Of a stretch of DNA of 64,000 nucleotides, positions 59,165 to 64,000 are shown one piece after another. Made by a program: the position numbers and the translations under genes. The stretch is from Candidatus Micrarchaeia archaeon. Lineage in GTDB: Archaea; Micrarchaeota; Micrarchaeia; CABMEP01. Position 1 is the stretch's first letter, and each line of letters opens with the position of its first letter. The stretch covers positions 1 to 64,000 of the forward strand of contig JAVZXS010000002.1 in the NCBI GenBank assembly GCA_038886535.1, in the 5' to 3' direction. A model generated the notes under the pieces. It was given only the letters and a program-made list of their open reading frames with translations, was not told where the DNA came from and did not search any database.

Positions 59165-61786
59165 ATGCAAGATGAGAAAAATCAAACAAATCAAAGAAAA
59201 TTTGCAAAGGTACATAGGGCAGTATACAAGTTTAATATTAGAAGGATGTTCATACCTATCAAGAGATTTATAAAAAAGACAAATGAATTCACCCCACAGA
59301 TGATCTTGGATTCATTATCATCTTTATTCAAGCCAAAGGAGAAGTATGGTGAGAAAAAAGAACTCAAGCCAATGAAACCAGTAAAGGCAATGCCTTCTCC
59401 TATAATGAATTTCATAATTGTATTCCTTTTATGCCTGTTGGCGATCGGAGGATATTTTCTTTTCATTTATTACACTGGTCCTTCAGAGCCTGTGACTCCT
59501 CCGGTAACAGAAATACCAAAACCAACTCTTTCAGTAAATGTATTGAGCTCAGGCTATCTTGATTCTTCTTTTGACAAGACAAGATGGTTTGCCTTAGTTG
59601 AAATTTCTTCCCAGAATGCTACAAACATAAGCTTGGATATGGTTATTCAGCAGAATCCCATCCCAAATGATGTTTATATATTAAGAGTTCCAAACTACCA
59701 ATTTGCATCAAACTATCCTCAGTTCTATTCTGTTCTGAAGAACAAGCTTGAGAAGAAAGGATTGTATCTTTCAGAAATAACTATAGATGAACTTGTCTCT
59801 TTGCCATCCACAAGAAAAATAATTTTAGTGGTTCCTTCAGGCTATCTCCCAGCTGTATTTGTTGGGGAGGAATATGCAAATTTCACTCTAAAAAGCTTTG
59901 TTGAAAATGGAAATGTTGTAATCTACATAGGTTACAAACCAACAGACAGCATTCTTTATTCCAATTCTCCAAACCCGCAGCCATTATCTCTAGATAAGAT
60001 AGCAAGCTGGCAGCTTTCATTTGATCAAGCTACAGATCAGCCATCATTCTTCTCGTTCAGGAATCCATTGTATTCTGTAAAGGCAGTAGGAAGTACATCA
60101 ACCCGTCCAGCAGTAACAGGAGAACCTGGCGGTTTCTCTGTTAAGTGGGGTGGAGATGGGTTTGCATATTTTATACCAACCACAATAGATTTCTGGTGGC
60201 AATTTTCAGGTGAGAAGTCTGCAGAGGAGCTTGCAGATGCGATAGTAAATGGAAAATGGGGCTATGGTCTTTCAAGAATACAGAAAACCATTCCTGTGAA
60301 TGGTTCCATAAACAAGCAGATAATCATATTCAGCTCGCAATTTAAATTCCCGGACAGCACAAGGGTTTCAAGATCTTATGGGAAGCTTTATGTTCAATCC
60401 CTGAATCAGGTAGAGAACCTAACTGAAATCAATGGTATTTCTCTTCCTGTCAGATTTCCAACCAGGCCGAATGGCATTTTGATGCATGATGATGTAGCAT
60501 TAAATTCAATCATAACTGGAAATCCTCTTGAGATAAAGTACTCTTTAAACGAAAATACAACTGAATTAAGACAGCTTTATTTATCTGCCATATCAGAAAA
60601 CAATGAAGAAATTTTATTCACGCCTATAACTGCTGCTCCAGTACCTCTTAAGCTTTCAAATGCAGTATATAGATTTGATAACAGGCTTCCGCAAGGCAAT
60701 TATATATTAAGAATAACAGATGACAGGCGAAACGTTTATGCACAATCATATCTTTCAATGGCATCTTTCAATATCGAACCTTACATCACAGATTTCATAT
60801 CTGGCAATTATATCTTTAATGTATATTTCTCATCAACAGGTGAGCAATACACCTCTGATTTGAAGAATGTGGTTGTCTCAGTTGATGATGGAGACAAAAA
60901 GACACTCGAGGTAAGACAGGGTAGAATTTTATATAACGCCACTCCTATTACTGTGCCTGGTGTTCATATATTTAAATTTGAATTCGGGCCGGATACAATT
61001 ATTCTTCCAGTAACTTACACAAGACCTGTTTCTATGTTTGAGAGGCCAGAAAACATAGCAATGGGAATAATCGCAATACTTCTCTTTGCAATCGGGTATT
61101 TGATTTCAAGACCAGAGGCAGTAAAATATTCAATAGATGTTCCAGATTTCCCACCCTTACAATCAATAGCAGTTCCAATAAAAAGAGAAAAAATATTGGA
61201 CATGTTTGATTCGATAAATGCTGATCTTAAATGGAAATATACTCCACTTACAATCAATGATCTAAAGATGGGATTCAAGAAGATAATGTTCAGAGGAAAA
61301 CCTCTTCTTGTTGGCGATTACAATCTTGAAATGGTTCTTGACAAGCTTAAGGAAGAGGGATATGTTGTCCAGTCAATGGATTATTATGGATTAAAAAGAT
61401 GGGAGAAGGAAACAAGAAAATCAATTTATTACCTTGCTCTTGTTAGGGCTCTTAGGGATGTGTTTGTAACAGAGGGAATTCCATTCCTTCAATTTGGACA
61501 GAGGGGAGATGCAGATACAGTACTAAGCTACGGTGGAGAAAAGGTATATATTCACATTTATGAATCTGATGCAGTTATAAAGAAGGCAATTCAAACTTCC
61601 TCTTTCGGAAGAACAATTATTGTTTTTGAGAATGAAACAGTGATGAATGATTTCCTATCCAGAATTCATACTCCGAGCCAGCAAAACGTAGTATTCAAAT
61701 TGCTCCTTGACAACGGAAAGATAAGCGTTGCTCCAATAACAAGTTTCATGGATGTTCTGACAAAGAAAAAAATATTTACTTACTAA
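59165..61786 (+). CDS. Large two-TM membrane protein with extracellular domain and cytoplasmic C-terminal region
   Basis: TMs FIIVFLLCLLAIGGYFLF and IAMGIIAILLFAIGYL; 873 aa; last gene of the co-oriented cluster. Confidence 0.8.
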   Translation: MQDEKNQTNQRKFAKVHRAVYKFNIRRMFIPIKRFIKKTNEFTPQMILDSLSSLFKPKEKYGEKKELKPMKPVKAMPSPIMNFIIVFLLCLLAIGGYFLFIYYTGPSEPVTPPVTEIPKPTLSVNVLSSGYLDSSFDKTRWFALVEISSQNATNISLDMVIQQNPIPNDVYILRVPNYQFASNYPQFYSVLKNKLEKKGLYLSEITIDELVSLPSTRKIILVVPSGYLPAVFVGEEYANFTLKSFVENGNVVIYIGYKPTDSILYSNSPNPQPLSLDKIASWQLSFDQATDQPSFFSFRNPLYSVKAVGSTSTRPAVTGEPGGFSVKWGGDGFAYFIPTTIDFWWQFSGEKSAEELADAIVNGKWGYGLSRIQKTIPVNGSINKQIIIFSSQFKFPDSTRVSRSYGKLYVQSLNQVENLTEINGISLPVRFPTRPNGILMHDDVALNSIITGNPLEIKYSLNENTTELRQLYLSAISENNEEILFTPITAAPVPLKLSNAVYRFDNRLPQGNYILRITDDRRNVYAQSYLSMASFNIEPYITDFISGNYIFNVYFSSTGEQYTSDLKNVVVSVDDGDKKTLEVRQGRILYNATPITVPGVHIFKFEFGPDTIILPVTYTRPVSMFERPENIAMGIIAILLFAIGYLISRPEAVKYSIDVPDFPPLQSIAVPIKREKILDMFDSINADLKWKYTPLTINDLKMGFKKIMFRGKPLLVGDYNLEMVLDKLKEEGYVVQSMDYYGLKRWEKETRKSIYYLALVRALRDVFVTEGIPFLQFGQRGDADTVLSYGGEKVYIHIYESDAVIKKAIQTSSFGRTIIVFENETVMNDFLSRIHTPSQQNVVFKLLLDNGKISVAPITSFMDVLTKKKIFTY

Positions 61787-61896
61787 TTAAACATTCACTT
61801 ACTGCTTTACCTAATTTATATGCTACCATAAACAGTAAGTAAAAAATTAAGAATTATAAGAGATTGAATATATGAGATTGAAAGATTATATTTTCT

Positions 61897-63033
61897 CTAT
61901 CTTTTCTCATTTTCAGTCAAGAGTTGATTGTATATCTCTATGTGTCTTTTCAGTGTTTTTTCTATTGAGTGCTCCTTTGCCATCTTTACTGCATTCTTTG
62001 ACAATCTTTCTCTGTTTTTTATGCATTTTATTACTGCCTCTGCACATCCCTTAACATCATGCGGCTTAAAGAGATAACCATTGTAATCATCCTTTACAAG
62101 ATCTGGTATTGCAAGATAATCTGCACCTGCAACAGGTAATCCACATGCAAGTGCTTCAAGGCAGGAAAGGCCCTGTGTTTCAAACATAGAAGGAAATGCA
62201 AATACATCAGCATTATGATAAAATTCAACTATATCTTTATGCTTTACTCCGCTAATGAATATGAATATATCCTCTACCTTATTTTTCTTTACTAATTCTT
62301 TGTATTTTTGTTCCATAGGTCCGCTTCCCACTATTATAAAAAACGCATTCTTTATTTCTTTTCTAATAATAGGTGCAGCTTTGATTAGCACCTCAAGATT
62401 CTTTTCTTTCACCAGTCTTCCAGTGTAGAGTATAACTGTTTTATCTAGCCACATTTTCTTTTTACCAGGTTTGAACCTTTTAAGATCAATTCCATTTGAA
62501 ATTGCTTCAACATTTTTTATTCCATTCCTTATGCATTCTTTTTTCATATATTCGCTAGGAACAATGACTTTATCACATTGATTATAATACCATCTAAGAT
62601 ATCTCCATGCAACACTCTTCATTATCTTCTGCATTGGCTTGATCGGAGCTATGTAATGAGTCGCCTCCTGGATATTTGTATGGAGAGTTCCTACAAGAGG
62701 CTTTTTGAGAATGCTTGCTGCATAAAGCGCTGCTAAACCCATTGGACCCATCCCGTGTGAATGTATGACATCAATCTTTTCTTTTCTAACTATTTCTTCT
62801 GCATCCGGATATGGGAATATAGCAAGCTTGTATGTAGGATAGGGAATGAATTCTATTGATGGAAAGATATATGCATCATCTTTTCTTCTTCTCTTTTTAA
62901 CTTCAGGCGTTCCTGCTGCAAATACTACTATTTTATTCCCTAGTTTCTCCAGCCTTTCTTTTATATTTGTTATAGCAACAACAACACCATCAACATTAGG
63001 ATACCAAGTTTCTGTAAAGAATGCAATTCTCAT
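61897..63033 (-). CDS. Glycosyltransferase family 4 (GT-B)
   Basis: FTETWYPNVDGV, GRLVKEKN, ETQGLSCLEALACGLPV. Confidence 0.95.
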   Translation of the reverse strand: MRIAFFTETWYPNVDGVVVAITNIKERLEKLGNKIVVFAAGTPEVKKRRRKDDAYIFPSIEFIPYPTYKLAIFPYPDAEEIVRKEKIDVIHSHGMGPMGLAALYAASILKKPLVGTLHTNIQEATHYIAPIKPMQKIMKSVAWRYLRWYYNQCDKVIVPSEYMKKECIRNGIKNVEAISNGIDLKRFKPGKKKMWLDKTVILYTGRLVKEKNLEVLIKAAPIIRKEIKNAFFIIVGSGPMEQKYKELVKKNKVEDIFIFISGVKHKDIVEFYHNADVFAFPSMFETQGLSCLEALACGLPVAGADYLAIPDLVKDDYNGYLFKPHDVKGCAEAVIKCIKNRERLSKNAVKMAKEHSIEKTLKRHIEIYNQLLTENEKR

Positions 63034-63189
63034 ATCTCCACCTATCTAAATCCTCATTTTTCCATCATTATTTTTTCCATCCTTATTATTTCTCCACCAA
63101 TTTATTGTATAGGTTTTGTTGCACAATTTTATTTTATTTATACTTATTTTGTTGTTTACACAAATTATACATTCTATTAACTGTTTTTA

Positions 63190-63999
63190 TTACTGTTTAT
63201 TGATCATCTCCATTACTTCTTGTGGGTCAATATTTAATCTATACTTAGCCATTAATCTTTGAATTTCTTTTGCACTTTTTATTCCTTCTTTTTCTATTAT
63301 CTCCTTTAATTTTTCTCCAGATATGCGCATGAGTTTAGCACTTGAAATGATTTCTTCTATTTCTTCAATGTCTTCTCCTATCTCTTGTTTTTTCTCTGCA
63401 ACTAGCTTCAGCACTTCAGGTATTGCTGCCTTTGTTATTTTTTCATCTCTGTAAAGAATGAGTATCATCTTTATTTTTTCTTCGCTCAATGAATTTACAT
63501 CTACACCTTCTCTTCTTAGTGATTTAATTGTGTCTTCGCAAGTGACAGCAGCAACAGTAGGATTAACTCCCTCTTCTACAAGTTCAAGAAATAGATTCAA
63601 TTTTTCAGATCTTATCATCTTTCCAGCCATCTCTGCATTCAGAAGAGATCTCACTCTCTCTTCTATTTCATTGAAAGATGGAAAGTTTTGGCTTTCAGCA
63701 ATCATATCTTCAGTTATTCTTATGGGAGCAATGTCTGTTTCTGGATACATTCTTGCAGATCCAGGCAAAGGTCTCATGTAATGCGTTTTACCTTGCAAAT
63801 CCGCTCTTCTTGTCTCTTCAGGAACATTGGTTGCGTATGCTCGCTTGAAAACAAGCTTCAATGCAGAGATGCATTGTTCCTTTTCTCCAACTACAATTAT
63901 CCATCCATCATCATGATCAAGTTTTAACAAATTTGCTATCTCTCCGATTTCATTTCTAATATTATATTTATCTATATTCTCATCAGAATGAATTATTCC
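63190..63999 (-). CDS. gatE: Glu-tRNA(Gln) amidotransferase subunit E, 3' part (continues beyond the window)
   Basis: Frame open to the window end (GIIHSDE...), VPEETR, YMRPLPGSARMYPETD. Confidence 0.95.
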   Translation of the reverse strand, partial: GIIHSDENIDKYNIRNEIGEIANLLKLDHDDGWIIVVGEKEQCISALKLVFKRAYATNVPEETRRADLQGKTHYMRPLPGSARMYPETDIAPIRITEDMIAESQNFPSFNEIEERVRSLLNAEMAGKMIRSEKLNLFLELVEEGVNPTVAAVTCEDTIKSLRREGVDVNSLSEEKIKMILILYRDEKITKAAIPEVLKLVAEKKQEIGEDIEEIEEIISSAKLMRISGEKLKEIIEKEGIKSAKEIQRLMAKYRLNIDPQEVMEMINKQ

Positions 64000-64000
64000 T

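Noticed and set aside
54117..61786. Interpretation as an integrated conjugative element or provirus
   Set aside because: No integrase, relaxase, replication or capsid genes, no flanking tRNA or direct repeats, and composition looks like the rest of the window

Overview
AT-rich, gene-dense archaeal chromosome segment. The gene set and GGTGA-type ribosome-binding sites suggest a DPANN archaeon, possibly Micrarchaeota (inference only). Housekeeping genes include dnaG, pelota, archease, rtcB (intein), top6B/A, an intron-containing tRNA-Asn, AMP phosphorylase (intein) with R15P isomerase, ftsZ-secE-spt5-uL11 and uL1-uL10-P1, pcm, a SAMP/NcsA pair, radA and a partial gatE. The most notable accessory content is: (1) an eight-gene, co-oriented type IV secretion-like cluster with three tandem VirB2/TrbC-like pilins (each with a Cys pair), an apparently split VirB4-like ATPase and membrane/winged-helix proteins, with no relaxase in the window; (2) bacterial MEP-pathway genes ispG and ispH in archaeal context; (3) a KaiC-like signalling module containing a protein that appears to fuse a TBP-like half-domain to a V4R domain; (4) an intein in AMP phosphorylase; (5) eukaryote-like repeat proteins (ankyrin, a 12-repeat Cys-rich lipoprotein); (6) several structured 5' leaders, including a candidate permuted uL1 autoregulatory site. 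No CRISPR array, rRNA or transposase was seen. All calls come from motif recognition by eye; no database searches were run.
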